A stretch of 64,000 nucleotides of DNA from an uncultured Gammaproteobacteria bacterium (GTDB lineage: Bacteria > Patescibacteriota > Patescibacteriia > Magasanikbacterales > GWA2-37-8): NCBI GenBank assembly GCA_964355175.1, contig CAYHBZ010000001.1, positions 368,523 through 432,522 of the forward strand. Reading direction: 5' to 3'. Both the position numbers and the translations under genes were made by a program. This document shows, in pieces, positions 27,867 through 37,358 of this stretch (position 1 is the stretch's first letter; each line of letters begins with the position of its first letter). The notes below the pieces were generated by a model. It saw nothing but the letters and a program-made list of their open reading frames with translations, had not been told where the DNA came from and did no database searches.

Positions 27867-29435
27867 TTACGGACTAAGAGTAGAGCCGGTTTTTACATAT
27901 TGAGCACTGACCCACCCAAATTGATCCGGGCCTAAAATTATTTGATACCAACCGTCTTGTCGCTGTAAAAATTTAAATTGTTCGCCTACCAGTGCTTTGC
28001 GTATAAGCTCAGATTTAGAGGAAGAAGCCATGCGAATATTTACATATCCCAAAGAAGTGGAAGCCACCTCAAGCATATCCGGACCAAGCAAACTAACTTC
28101 GGGTGGAGGTAACATCGGAGAAGGGACGGTGGAACTGGTCGATACTGATGTACTGGAAACTGTGCTAGTAGGAGCTCCTTTAGGTCCAATAATTATTACT
28201 GAGCTGGTAGACATGGTGCTAGTGCTAATAATGGCACCAGCAACTACCGGAGACACAGCGCTAACCGGAGCAGACTGGGAAGAAGAACCGGACTGGCTAG
28301 GACCCTCATCATTTTTATTACTCAAACCACCCACCAAGCTATATATTGGCAAAATTACTGCCAAGGCTACTGCCACCACACCAAGCCAAACTATCACGAG
28401 CAACAAAGGCTCCAAAATGACGCTGAGATTTTTGGTTGTTAATTCGGTTTTAGCTTCAAAAGTTTCGCTAATATTTATAAATATTTTGGAAAGCGCACCC
28501 GATCTCTCGCCCGCCCCGATTAAACTCTGAATCGGAGTAGGGATATATTTTTTTATTTTTTTGTTGGAAGCAAAACTTTGTTCAAAAGACTTTCCCTCTT
28601 CTATCTGATCGTGCAAATAATTATAAATTTTCCCGTAAGACCTCAAGGTGCTGGAATCTTTTAGGGATGACAGAGCTTGCAACACGGGCAAACCAGAATT
28701 TAGCAATGTGCCCATGATATATCCAAATCTGGCCAACTCCGCTTCGCGGATTAAATTTTTGATACCGGGAATTAAAAACAGTAGCCACTGACCGATGAAT
28801 TTGGTTTTGGAAAAAACAAATAAAAAATATAGTATTAAACACAAACCAACCAAAAAAGACGGTACAACTATTGCTCCATATTCAGACAAAAAGGCACCAA
28901 AGCTCATCAACAGCCTGGTGACCAAAGGTAATTTGAGATTCAGCTGACCAAAAACACTGGCCAGGCGCGGCAAAATAAACCAAGCAATACCAATACCCAC
29001 CACCATCGCTATGGCCATCACAAATACCGGATACATCATGGCGGCGCGAATTTTGGATTGAAATGATCGGCTCTTGGATTGTTGCGTCACCACGACAGCC
29101 AAACTCTCATGCAATCTACCACTGTCTTCACCGATCTTAACTAGTGCAATAATATGGGCCGGTAAAATTTCAGTTTTACCAAGCGCGATAGACAGGCTAA
29201 AACCAGCACTGATATCTTCTACCAAATTATCAATGATATTTAGTAACTTGGTAGATTTTACTTCGGTTTTTATCGCTTGCAAGGACTCAATAATATCCAT
29301 GCCGGAAGCCAAAAGCATGGCCAAATTTTCAATAAAATATTCTTTTTCTTCATTAAAACCAAAACTAAAAGCCAGAATTGATGGTTTTTTAGGTTTCTCA
29401 TCTTTTTGATTGTCTATTTTTTTATCCTCGCTCAT
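27867..29435 (-). CDS. pilC: type IV pilus platform protein PilC/GspF fused to a C-terminal S/T/P-rich linker and SH3b-like domain
   Basis: Two T2SSF repeats with three TM helices. After the last TM comes a ~90-aa Ser/Thr/Pro low-complexity tract, then GYVNIRMASSSKSELIRKALVGEQFKFLQRQDGWYQIILGPDQFGWVSAQYV, which matches the bacterial SH3 pattern. Confidence 0.85.
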   Translation of the reverse strand: MSEDKKIDNQKDEKPKKPSILAFSFGFNEEKEYFIENLAMLLASGMDIIESLQAIKTEVKSTKLLNIIDNLVEDISAGFSLSIALGKTEILPAHIIALVKIGEDSGRLHESLAVVVTQQSKSRSFQSKIRAAMMYPVFVMAIAMVVGIGIAWFILPRLASVFGQLNLKLPLVTRLLMSFGAFLSEYGAIVVPSFLVGLCLILYFLFVFSKTKFIGQWLLFLIPGIKNLIREAELARFGYIMGTLLNSGLPVLQALSSLKDSSTLRSYGKIYNYLHDQIEEGKSFEQSFASNKKIKKYIPTPIQSLIGAGERSGALSKIFINISETFEAKTELTTKNLSVILEPLLLVIVWLGVVAVALAVILPIYSLVGGLSNKNDEGPSQSGSSSQSAPVSAVSPVVAGAIISTSTMSTSSVIIIGPKGAPTSTVSSTSVSTSSTVPSPMLPPPEVSLLGPDMLEVASTSLGYVNIRMASSSKSELIRKALVGEQFKFLQRQDGWYQIILGPDQFGWVSAQYVKTGSTLSP

Positions 29436-29445
29436 GGGTAAAAAA

Positions 29446-31098
29446 TTAAAATTTTGGCGCCTCCGCTACACGCAATAATTCTTCCAGAGTAGTAACACCA
29501 CTTTTTACTTTATCAATACCATCTTCAAATAAAGTGACTGAACCTTGCGCGCGGGCCACTTTCCAAATCTGGGCGGTGGAAGGATTTTTCAAAATAAGTT
29601 CCTCTAGCTCGGGAGTGACTTCAATAAATTCATAAATAGCAGTACGCCCCTTAAAACCGGTATGACCACAGCTGTCACATCCTTTTCCTTGATAGAGCAC
29701 GATATGTTTTCCGGTAAAATATTTAGAAGCATCTTCGGAAATATTTTTCTTGATTTCTTCCTTGGATGAGTTCACGCTATAGCGACATTTATCACAAATC
29801 TTGCGCACCAAACGCTGAGCAATAAGTACCTCAAGAGTAGAGGCCAATAAAAATGGCTCAATACCCATATCCAACAAACGCGGCACCGCCGTAGCGGCAT
29901 CATTGGCGTGAAAGGTAGACAATAATAAATGTCCGGTCAAAGCCGCGTTCACCGCAGTCTCGGCCGTTTCCTGATCACGAATTTCACCTACCAAAATAAT
30001 ATCCGGATCCTGACGCACAATCGAGCGCAAACCTTTGGCAAAAGTAAGATTTGTCTGGGCATTTACCTGGATCTGATTGATGCCCGGCATTTTATATTCT
30101 ACCGGATCTTCAATGGTGGTAATATTTACATCCGGACTATTTAATAATTTTAGCAAAGCGTAGAGCGAAGTAGTTTTACCGGAACCGGTCGGACCGGTCA
30201 CCAGAATCATACCAAACGGTTTGTTGGAAGCGGTGAGCAATAATTTTTGATCATGTTCAGACAAACCCAAATCAGCAAAAGAAAAACTGCGTACATATTG
30301 AGACAACAAACGAATTACCACCTTTTCACCATTTAAGGTAGGCAAAATGGAAATACGCATATCAAGCGAATTATCCCCTTTTACCTGACGAATAGCGCCG
30401 TCTTGCGCGGAAAAATGCTCATCAATAGGCAACATAGCCTGCACTTTAATACGATTCAAAATATTTCCATAGTATTCTTTTGGAATACGACCAGCTTCTT
30501 GCATTACACCATCAATACGAAAACGGACAATTACTTCTTTGTCCTGAGGCTCAATATGAATATCGGACGCGCGATAAGCCGAAGCATCGTCTACAATCTG
30601 CTCAATAATCTCCGGCGCGATGCGTTTTTGTTGTTTGATAATATCGCCAAAACGAGTGGCTAGAGTTTTGAGATAATGAATAAAGGTCGCTTCAACATCT
30701 TCGGCAAAAGCAAAGGCCAAAGATATTTTTTTACCTTTAAAAATTGTTTTTAATTTTTTGGTTAATTCAGGATTGGTGGGATTATCGGTCGCGATAATTA
30801 AGTCATCGCCATTTTGTTGAAATACTACGGCTGTAAATTCTTTGGCCGTGTCTTCCGGTAATAACTTCACCTGCTCAGCCGAAGGCTGATTGGTAGTCAG
30901 ATTGGCGTAGCTTATTTTATCGGATTCAGCAATGGCTTGACCCAACAAATCTTTATTGATAATTTCCTGCGACAATAAATAATCCAAAAATTTACCTTCC
31001 TCCCCTTTGGTGGCGGCCTCCGCTTTTTTGACATCCTCATCGGTTATATAATTACCATCCAGCAAAACTTGTTTTATTTTTTTGTCTTCAATTTTCAT
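29446..31098 (-). CDS. pilB: type IV pilus assembly ATPase PilB/GspE
   Basis: Walker A GPTGSGKTT. Asp/His boxes. Tetracysteine motif CDKC…CDSCGHTG. 550 aa. Confidence 0.9.
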   Translation of the reverse strand: MKIEDKKIKQVLLDGNYITDEDVKKAEAATKGEEGKFLDYLLSQEIINKDLLGQAIAESDKISYANLTTNQPSAEQVKLLPEDTAKEFTAVVFQQNGDDLIIATDNPTNPELTKKLKTIFKGKKISLAFAFAEDVEATFIHYLKTLATRFGDIIKQQKRIAPEIIEQIVDDASAYRASDIHIEPQDKEVIVRFRIDGVMQEAGRIPKEYYGNILNRIKVQAMLPIDEHFSAQDGAIRQVKGDNSLDMRISILPTLNGEKVVIRLLSQYVRSFSFADLGLSEHDQKLLLTASNKPFGMILVTGPTGSGKTTSLYALLKLLNSPDVNITTIEDPVEYKMPGINQIQVNAQTNLTFAKGLRSIVRQDPDIILVGEIRDQETAETAVNAALTGHLLLSTFHANDAATAVPRLLDMGIEPFLLASTLEVLIAQRLVRKICDKCRYSVNSSKEEIKKNISEDASKYFTGKHIVLYQGKGCDSCGHTGFKGRTAIYEFIEVTPELEELILKNPSTAQIWKVARAQGSVTLFEDGIDKVKSGVTTLEELLRVAEAPKF

Positions 31099-31104
31099 AC
31101 TTAC

Positions 31105-31488
31105 TTAATCGGCTATCAAAGTAGCCACGACATAATCCACTATTTTATTTATAGATGTGTCGGATTTTACAAAATACCATTTGGCTCCAAGCAACTTCGC
31201 TTTCTGAGCATCGTCGTCTTGGCCCAAATTGGACGCGATAATTACCGGTGTATTATCTTTTTTTTCTTTTAAAGATTTCAAAACTTCAAAGCCATCCATC
31301 TTTGGCATCATCAAATCAAGTAAAATCAGATCAAATTTTTCTTTTTTAATCGCTTCCCACGCGGCCAGACCATCGTTTACTACTTTGGTTTCAAATCCGC
31401 TGTGATTTAATTTGAGCTCCAGCGCTCTGGCCATTGGTTTTTCGTCTTCGGCAATTAAAATTTTCTTTAATTTCTTTTCAGCTACCAT
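31105..31488 (-). CDS. response regulator, stand-alone receiver domain (first gene of the pilus cluster)
   Basis: 127 aa, …KILIAEDEKPMARAL…DLILLDLMMPKMDGFEVL…. Confidence 0.8.
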   Translation of the reverse strand: MVAEKKLKKILIAEDEKPMARALELKLNHSGFETKVVNDGLAAWEAIKKEKFDLILLDLMMPKMDGFEVLKSLKEKKDNTPVIIASNLGQDDDAQKAKLLGAKWYFVKSDTSINKIVDYVVATLIAD

Positions 31489-31510
31489 AATAGTTATTTT
31501 GATTGCTTAT

Positions 31511-31539
31511 ATTATAGCATATTTTGGATTTTTTAACAA
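31511..31539 (-). promoter_or_regulatory. sigma70-like promoter for the pilus/competence cluster
   Basis: Minus strand reads TTGTTA-17 nt-TATAAT, about 20 nt upstream of the receiver gene start. Confidence 0.45.
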
Positions 31540-31547
31540 AATGGTCA

Positions 31548-31580
31548 AAATAAAATCCCCCAAATTGGGGGATTTTTTTA
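31548..31580 (-). terminator. rho-independent terminator of leuS
   Basis: Stem atccccc/gggggat (31555-31573) starts right after the leuS stop. It is followed on the minus strand by TTTTATTTT, and a T7 run follows on the plus strand too. Confidence 0.6.
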
Positions 31581-33992
31581 GAGAACGATACTTAGTAATT
31601 TGCCTTTAATATAAATTACTTTTTTCGGTTCTTTACCTTCTAGCCATTTTTGGATTTTCTCACTAGCCAGCACAGCCACTTTCGCGTCTTCTTCGCTAAT
31701 ATCCGCGCTGACCACCAATGTATCACGCAATTTACCATTTACCTGCACGGCCAAGGTGATTTCTTCGTCCTTGGCGAGCTCGGCATCATATTTAGGCCAA
31801 ACGGATTCAAAGATACTTTCTTTATTGCCAACTTCATTCCATATTTCCTCAGTCATGTGCGGTGCAAATGGAGATAATAATTTTAATAATACACAAAAAT
31901 CTTCTTTGCTAATACTTTCGGCTTTGCCCATTTCATTGGACAATTGCATCATGCAAGAAATAGCGGTATTGAAACGCATCTCTTCAATATCCTCAGAAAC
32001 TTTTTTAATAGTTTGATGAAGTTGAGCAATTAATTTTTTGTCCCTGATTGCGGCATCGGAAACTTTTTCATTGAGCGCCCATACTCTTTCCAAAAATCTG
32101 CGTACACCCACCACACCTTTGGTGCTCCAGGCACAAGGTTGATCAAATGGACCCATGAACATTTCATATAGACGCATAGCATCAGCACCATATTCGGCCA
32201 CTACTTCATCCGGATTAATTACATTATTCCAGCGCTTACTCATCTTGCGACCGTCTTCAGCCAAAATCAAACCAACATTTTGTAGGCGAGTAAACGGCTC
32301 TTCGTTGGCGACTGCACCAATATCAAATAAAAATTTATGCCAAAAACGAGCGTAGATCAAATGGCGGGTCGCGTGTTCAGCGCCGCCAACATAGAGATCG
32401 ATCGGATTCCAATAACTTATTTTCTTTTTATCCCAATCATAATTTCCATCGGCATCTTTTGGCATTGTGTATGCCAAATAATACCAACAGCTTCCCGCCC
32501 ACTGCGGCATGGTGTTGGTTTCACGTTTGGCTGGACCACCACAGGTAGGACAAGTAGTATTTACCCAATCGGTAATAGTGGCCAGAGGAGATTCTCCCGT
32601 GCCACTTGGTTCGTAATTTTTTACTTTTGGTAATTCAAGCGGGAGCTGGTCTTCCGGTACTGCTACCCAACCATCTTTTTCACAATGAATCAAAGGCATT
32701 GGCTCACCCCAATAACGCTGACGAGAAAATACCCAGTCGCGCAATTTATATTGTACTTTTTTCTCACCCAAACCTTTTTCTTGCAAGCACTCAATCATTT
32801 TTGATTTGGCTTCTTTGGTTGGCAAGTTATTTATAAAATCAGAATTAATAGCAACACCGTCATCGGTAAATGGTTTTTCATTTACATCTCCATCGCATAA
32901 TACTACAGGCAAAATCGGCAATTTATATTTCTTCGCAAATTCCCAATCACGCTCATCGTGACCTGGCACAGCCATAATAGCGCCAGTACCATATCCATAT
33001 AAAACATAGTCGGCCACAAAAACTGGCAGCTCAGATCCGTTCAAAGGATTAATGGCTTTGACACCTTTTAACTCCACGCCATTTTTTTCTTTTTGTAATT
33101 CAGTACGCTCTAGATCACTTTTACTCTTGGCTTGATCCAAATATTCTTTCACTTCTTTTTTATTGGAAATTTTTTCCAAATTTTGCGCGACCAGTGGATG
33201 CTCTGGAGCCACCACCATATAGGTAGCGCCAAATAAAGTATCCGGACGAGTAGTAAAGATTTTTAAAATTTCCTCGCTGTCTTTTATTTTAAAATCTACC
33301 AATGCGCCTTCACTTCTTCCAATCCAATCGCTTTGCATTTTTTTGATATGCTCTGGCCAGAACGGTAACTTTTCCAAACCATCCAACAATTTTTCAGCGT
33401 AATCAGTAATTTTCAAAACCCACTGACGCATTGGCTTGCGCTCAATCTCGCTGCCACAGCGTTCACATTTTCCATCATCCAAATCTTCATTAGCCAAACC
33501 GGTCTGACAAGACGGACACCAATTTATTGGCGCGAAAGATTCATAGGCCAAACCTTTTTTAAATAACTGCAAAAAAATCCACTGCGTCCATTTGTAATAT
33601 TTTGGATCTGTCGTATTCACTTCCCTATCCCAATCATAGGTGAAACCAAGCAGGCCTAATTGTTTTTTAAAAGTGGCTACATTTTCCGCGGTGGCTTCGG
33701 CCGGATGGACTTTATTTTTTATCGCGTAATTTTCAGCCGGCAAACCAAAAGCATCCCAACCCATTGGGTGGAGAACATTGAAACCCCGCATCATTTTCAT
33801 GCGGCCAACGATATCGGTGGCAATATATCCCTTAGGATGACCGACGTGTAAGCCGGCGCCAGACGGATACGGAAACATATCCAAAACATAATATTTTGGC
33901 TTTCCAGCCTCTTCTTTGGTTTTATAAATTCCACTTTTTTCCCAGTTCTTCTTCCACTTTTTCTCTATATCTTTATGATTATATTGGTGCAT
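31578..33992 (-). CDS. leuS: leucine--tRNA ligase
   Basis: 804 aa. HIGH-type motif (PYPSGAGLHVGHP), KMSKS motif (KMSKRWNN), and CP1 editing domain sequence. Confidence 0.95.
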   Translation of the reverse strand: MHQYNHKDIEKKWKKNWEKSGIYKTKEEAGKPKYYVLDMFPYPSGAGLHVGHPKGYIATDIVGRMKMMRGFNVLHPMGWDAFGLPAENYAIKNKVHPAEATAENVATFKKQLGLLGFTYDWDREVNTTDPKYYKWTQWIFLQLFKKGLAYESFAPINWCPSCQTGLANEDLDDGKCERCGSEIERKPMRQWVLKITDYAEKLLDGLEKLPFWPEHIKKMQSDWIGRSEGALVDFKIKDSEEILKIFTTRPDTLFGATYMVVAPEHPLVAQNLEKISNKKEVKEYLDQAKSKSDLERTELQKEKNGVELKGVKAINPLNGSELPVFVADYVLYGYGTGAIMAVPGHDERDWEFAKKYKLPILPVVLCDGDVNEKPFTDDGVAINSDFINNLPTKEAKSKMIECLQEKGLGEKKVQYKLRDWVFSRQRYWGEPMPLIHCEKDGWVAVPEDQLPLELPKVKNYEPSGTGESPLATITDWVNTTCPTCGGPAKRETNTMPQWAGSCWYYLAYTMPKDADGNYDWDKKKISYWNPIDLYVGGAEHATRHLIYARFWHKFLFDIGAVANEEPFTRLQNVGLILAEDGRKMSKRWNNVINPDEVVAEYGADAMRLYEMFMGPFDQPCAWSTKGVVGVRRFLERVWALNEKVSDAAIRDKKLIAQLHQTIKKVSEDIEEMRFNTAISCMMQLSNEMGKAESISKEDFCVLLKLLSPFAPHMTEEIWNEVGNKESIFESVWPKYDAELAKDEEITLAVQVNGKLRDTLVVSADISEEDAKVAVLASEKIQKWLEGKEPKKVIYIKGKLLSIVL

Positions 33993-34049
33993 AAATTATT
34001 CAAAAATATACAGATAATTTACAGTAAAAGCTCAAAAAATGCAAGATAA

Positions 34050-34082
34050 ATAAAACACCACGGGTTTACGCCCGTGGTGTCA
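34050..34082 (-). terminator. rho-independent terminator of the 34095-35015 gene
   Basis: Perfect 10-bp stem acaccacggg/cccgtggtgt with a 6-nt loop. The minus strand follows with TTTTATTTAT. Confidence 0.5.
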
Positions 34083-34094
34083 GAACAGTTGTGG

Positions 34095-35015
34095 TTATTT
34101 ATTATCTAGATCAACTGACCAAGATTTATAACACCAATCTTGACCGTCTAAAGGCTCAAATTTTGCGGAAAAATCCGTACCGGCCGTACGGCAAAGCTGG
34201 CCGACAGCACCATCAAAATTCTTTAATGGAGGGGTTTCCGGTATGTGCTTTTTAACAAGCAGCGCCTCTTTTTCTGTTTTAAATCCTAAAAAATAAACAA
34301 CTTCTCCATACTTAACAAGAAATTTCGCACCAAGACCATCTTTACCGGTTGATCTAACAACCTGTTGGGTTGCGTCGTAATCATATACATCATCAAAACC
34401 ATCGACTTTTTTAAGTCCAACTTTATACATTGCCACAAATGTATTTGGCAAAGCCTTTTCCGAATCAACATCAGCGTCAACGACTTCTACAGGCATAAGC
34501 ACGTCTGTTGATTTATATAACTCAACCGACCAAGATTTATGACACCAATTTTGACCATCTAGGGGCTGAAACTTCGCAGAAAAATCAGTACCGGCAGTAT
34601 TACAAAGCTTTCCCTTTATCCCGTCAATTTTAGAAAAATTTTTAAGCGGCGGAGTTTCAGGTGTAAACTTCTTAACAAGTAACGCCTCTTTTTTTGTTTT
34701 AAAACCTAAAAAGTAAACGACTTCATCTGGCTTAACGACAAATATAGCCGAGTTACCTTTGCTACCCGTTGACTTTATTGTTTGTTGAATTGCTTCATAG
34801 TCATATACATTATCATAACCAGCAACTGGTTTAAGTTTTACCTTATACATTGCCACAAATGTATTTTTTAGAACCTTGGCTGGTTCAACATTTGCGTCAA
34901 CCACCTTAACAGGAAAATTCACATTAGTGCCTTTGGCTGCCAAAACAGAATCTGGAGAAAATAGCGCCATCGCCATCATTGCTATTAGCGAAAAAACCAA
35001 TCTTGGTAATCTCAT
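34095..35015 (-). CDS. secreted protein with internal tandem duplication of a ~140-aa domain (hypothetical)
   Basis: Signal peptide. Two repeats share …NTFVAMYKV.LK.V.G.D.VYDY.A.QQ…VVYFLGFKT.KEALLVKK..PETPPLKNF…C.TAGTDFSAKF.PLDGQ.WC.KSWSV.L. Confidence 0.55.
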   Translation of the reverse strand: MRLPRLVFSLIAMMAMALFSPDSVLAAKGTNVNFPVKVVDANVEPAKVLKNTFVAMYKVKLKPVAGYDNVYDYEAIQQTIKSTGSKGNSAIFVVKPDEVVYFLGFKTKKEALLVKKFTPETPPLKNFSKIDGIKGKLCNTAGTDFSAKFQPLDGQNWCHKSWSVELYKSTDVLMPVEVVDADVDSEKALPNTFVAMYKVGLKKVDGFDDVYDYDATQQVVRSTGKDGLGAKFLVKYGEVVYFLGFKTEKEALLVKKHIPETPPLKNFDGAVGQLCRTAGTDFSAKFEPLDGQDWCYKSWSVDLDNK

Positions 35016-35083
35016 AAAAATAATTAATTAAAAACTTAATGTCTAAATTATAGCATTATCCCTAAAATACAACAAGTAAAGTC

Positions 35084-35953
35084 TTATTTCTGACACTTCA
35101 GACAATAGTGCGTCCCCCGCCCCGCATGCTTTATCTTCAAAATCACATTTTTACACTGCTTACACTTTTCACCATTGCGCCCGTAGACTTTGAGAAAGTT
35201 TATGTGGCTACCGGTACGCCCATCGCTATCTACATAGTTATTAAAAGTAGTGCCACGGTTTTCTATGGAAACTTTTAAAACTTGAGCCACCATCTCAAAA
35301 AGTTTCTTGAGTTCAATCTTAGAGACTTCCGAAGCTTTTCTCATCGGCAAAATTTTTGCTTCAAAACAGGCTTCGTCGGCATAGATATTGCCAATGCCGG
35401 AAATTAATTTCTGATTGAGTAAAATCGCTTTGACATTAGTTTGACGCTTTTGAAATAATTTGACGAAATCTTCAAAAATATAATCCTGTGTGAGAGGTTC
35501 GATACCAAAATTATTTTTTACAATCTTTTCTTTTTCTTCTGTAGAAACCAATTTTATATATCCAAAGCGACGTAAATCATTAAAAAACAGCTGCCCACCG
35601 TCGTTAAAGGTAAATACCACGCGAGTAAATTTGTTGGGAACGTTAGTATCCATCGCTGTCTGACTATGCCCACCGACCAAAATCTGTTTTTTATTGCGAT
35701 AAATCAGTTGGCCAGTCATTTTCAAATGCACCAACATATAGCCATATTTACCCGCCTTATCCAACGCAAACATGAGCAACTTCCCTCGGCGCTCAATATG
35801 GTTAAAATTATTACCCTGTAGAACTTTCAAAAATTCAGTCGTTTTATTATGAACACTTTTGCCTGCCAAAATATCAATACTCTTTATTTTTTTGGCGGCA
35901 ATTTTTTTCTCCAGATCACGACGAATAGTTTCTACTTCGGGTAACTCCGGCAT
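35084..35953 (-). CDS. formamidopyrimidine-DNA glycosylase / endonuclease VIII family (Fpg/Nei) DNA glycosylase
   Basis: MPELPEVETIRRDL N-terminus with the catalytic Pro2, and a C-terminal Cys4 zinc finger (CKQCK…CLKCQ). I place the start at the MPELPEVE methionine, 11 codons inside the longest ORF. Confidence 0.85.
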   Translation of the reverse strand: MPELPEVETIRRDLEKKIAAKKIKSIDILAGKSVHNKTTEFLKVLQGNNFNHIERRGKLLMFALDKAGKYGYMLVHLKMTGQLIYRNKKQILVGGHSQTAMDTNVPNKFTRVVFTFNDGGQLFFNDLRRFGYIKLVSTEEKEKIVKNNFGIEPLTQDYIFEDFVKLFQKRQTNVKAILLNQKLISGIGNIYADEACFEAKILPMRKASEVSKIELKKLFEMVAQVLKVSIENRGTTFNNYVDSDGRTGSHINFLKVYGRNGEKCKQCKNVILKIKHAGRGTHYCLKCQK

Positions 35954-35954
35954 A

Positions 35955-37181
35955 TTAAATTTTAATCTTGCTTGCCACTCTCTCAACTGCCTTCACAAAG
36001 GCGGCCGTGCGCATTGGCACATTATATTTTTCTTTTGTTTCCCACACTTCATTGAAAGCATCCACCATAATTGGTTTTAATTTCGCCAATACTTCGTCTT
36101 CACTCCATTTGAGATTTTTTACATTTTGTTCCCATTCAAAACAGCTCACGGTCACACCGCCAGCATTAGCCAACACATCCGGCACTACTATCACACCTTG
36201 CTTACTCAACATTTCATCAGCTTCCGGAGTAGTTGGACCGTTGGCCATTTCTACAATTGCTTTAGCTTTAATATTGGCGGCATTGTCCGCAGTGATTTGG
36301 TTTTCCATCGCGGATGGCACCAAAATATCTACTGGCAATTCTAGCAATTCCGCGTTGGATACTTTTTGTACTCCGTCAATTCCGGTGAGGGTTCCGGTTT
36401 TTTCTTTATGAGCAAAAATTGTATCCAGGTCCAAACCATCTGGATTATATACACCACCTTTACTGTCACTGAGAGCTACAATTTTAAATCCATCTTTGGC
36501 CAAAAGCTTGGCCATAAATCCACCAACATTGCCCATTCCCTGGATAGCCACTTTGGTATCAGCGGCGCGCCAGTTCATTTTACTCATTAATTCACGAGTA
36601 ACATAGACACCACCTTGGGCAGTAGCTTGTTCACGGCCTTCACTACCACCGTCGGCAATGGCCTTGCCGGTGATCACACCTGGATCACTGTGACCAACGA
36701 GTTTTTCGTATTCATCACGCATCCAGCCCATTATTTGAGGAGTCGTGTACATATCCGGTGCTGGAACATCCTTATCCGAACCAATCTCACGCCAAATTTT
36801 GCGAATATATTCACGCGACATTCTTTCGAGCTCGCCTTCAGACAATTTTTTGGAATCTACAATAATACCGCCTTTACCACCACCCATCGGAATATTTACA
36901 GTGGCACATTTTACCATCATCCAAAATGACAAAGCTTTTACTTCATCTATGGAAACATTTTCATGATAACGAATACCACCTTTGTATGGACCAAGAGCAT
37001 CATTATATTGACTGCGGAAACCGGTGAACACCTTTACTTCGCCATTGTCCATTCTTACCGGGACCGACACGGTCAGCACACGATCTGGTTGTTTTAATAT
37101 GTTATGGATATTTTTATCCAAATTCATTATATTGGCGGCCTTTTCCAATTGTTTGAGCGCATTCTCAAAAGGATTTTGCAT
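35955..37181 (-). CDS. gdhA: NAD(P)-dependent glutamate dehydrogenase
   Basis: 408 aa. Glu/Leu/Phe/Val dehydrogenase signature NIPMGGGKGGI and a Rossmann dinucleotide fold (AIQGMGNVG). Confidence 0.9.
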   Translation of the reverse strand: MQNPFENALKQLEKAANIMNLDKNIHNILKQPDRVLTVSVPVRMDNGEVKVFTGFRSQYNDALGPYKGGIRYHENVSIDEVKALSFWMMVKCATVNIPMGGGKGGIIVDSKKLSEGELERMSREYIRKIWREIGSDKDVPAPDMYTTPQIMGWMRDEYEKLVGHSDPGVITGKAIADGGSEGREQATAQGGVYVTRELMSKMNWRAADTKVAIQGMGNVGGFMAKLLAKDGFKIVALSDSKGGVYNPDGLDLDTIFAHKEKTGTLTGIDGVQKVSNAELLELPVDILVPSAMENQITADNAANIKAKAIVEMANGPTTPEADEMLSKQGVIVVPDVLANAGGVTVSCFEWEQNVKNLKWSEDEVLAKLKPIMVDAFNEVWETKEKYNVPMRTAAFVKAVERVASKIKI

Positions 37182-37230
37182 ATCTTATATATTAAAATTA
37201 TTGGATTAATAATACACCTATATATAAATA

Positions 37231-37259
37231 TTGACAAATCCCCTTATTCCAGGTATTAT
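37231..37259 (+). promoter_or_regulatory. sigma70-like promoter upstream of the helicase gene
   Basis: TTGACA-17 nt-TATTAT on the plus strand, about 100 nt upstream of the start at 37359. Confidence 0.45.
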
Positions 37260-37358
37260 ATTAATATCATTATGGTATACTATTTAAAACAATTTAGTAA
37301 CCTAACAATTTATAATTGCCCAAAAACTGCTTAAAAGCGGTTTTTTTAATTAAAACAT

